The notes beneath the pieces were generated by a model, which saw only the letters and a list, made by a program, of their open reading frames with translations, was not told the origin of the DNA and ran no database searches. From an uncultured delta proteobacterium (GTDB lineage Bacteria > Desulfobacterota > Syntrophia > Syntrophales > UBA2185), in the NCBI GenBank assembly GCA_963729715.1, contig CAVSPA010000005.1, positions 32,001 to 96,000 on the forward strand: a stretch of 64,000 nucleotides of DNA, written 5' to 3'. Made by a program: the position numbers and the translations under genes. Shown piece by piece: positions 63,912 to 64,000 of the stretch. The first letter of the stretch is position 1. Each line of letters opens with the position of its first letter.

Positions 63912-64000
63912 ATAATATCGAGTAGTTAGTTGATATTCCCCGACCCCAGATTATCAGTAGGTGTCCATATAGGTGTCTTGTCGCGAGATTGCACAAGCTT

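Overview
Chromosomal segment of an anaerobic deltaproteobacterium (Desulfobacterota, probably Syntrophales-like; inferred from gene content and the atpF'-F-H-A-G-D-C operon lacking atpB/E). The left ~4.6 kb is a visibly AT-richer accessory zone: partial pfk, csp, an intact IS256 with an 8-bp target duplication, a PD-(D/E)XK-like protein and a sigma-region-2-like orphan, ending in a TTCCCTG repeat cluster with a tRNA-like CCA end. The rest is mostly housekeeping: liv ABC transporter, glmM, dedA, hypAB/hypDF, a PocR-GAF-PAS kinase, ubiE, hsp20-lon, mreBCD-mrdA-rodA, ATP synthase, greA, moaA, smc, ftsY, formiminotransferase and tRNA-Arg(CCT). A second IS lies at ~24.7-26.0 kb. Signals the ORF track does not explain: (1) a 2,483-bp transposase-less element with TG..CA ends, repeated 20-bp end motifs and an ACCG duplication, inserted right after the smc stop and carrying a sigma54-driven three-gene signalling cassette; (2) a rhodanese selenoprotein (CxU with a SECIS-like hairpin) truncated by the ORF caller; (3) a 1123-aa MORN/46-aa helical repeat/MORN protein; (4) an adenine deaminase gene collapsed to its two termini; (5) tandem NrdR-like boxes before smc; (6) a structured leader before an ATP-grasp ligase. 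All calls come from reading the sequence; no database searches were run.
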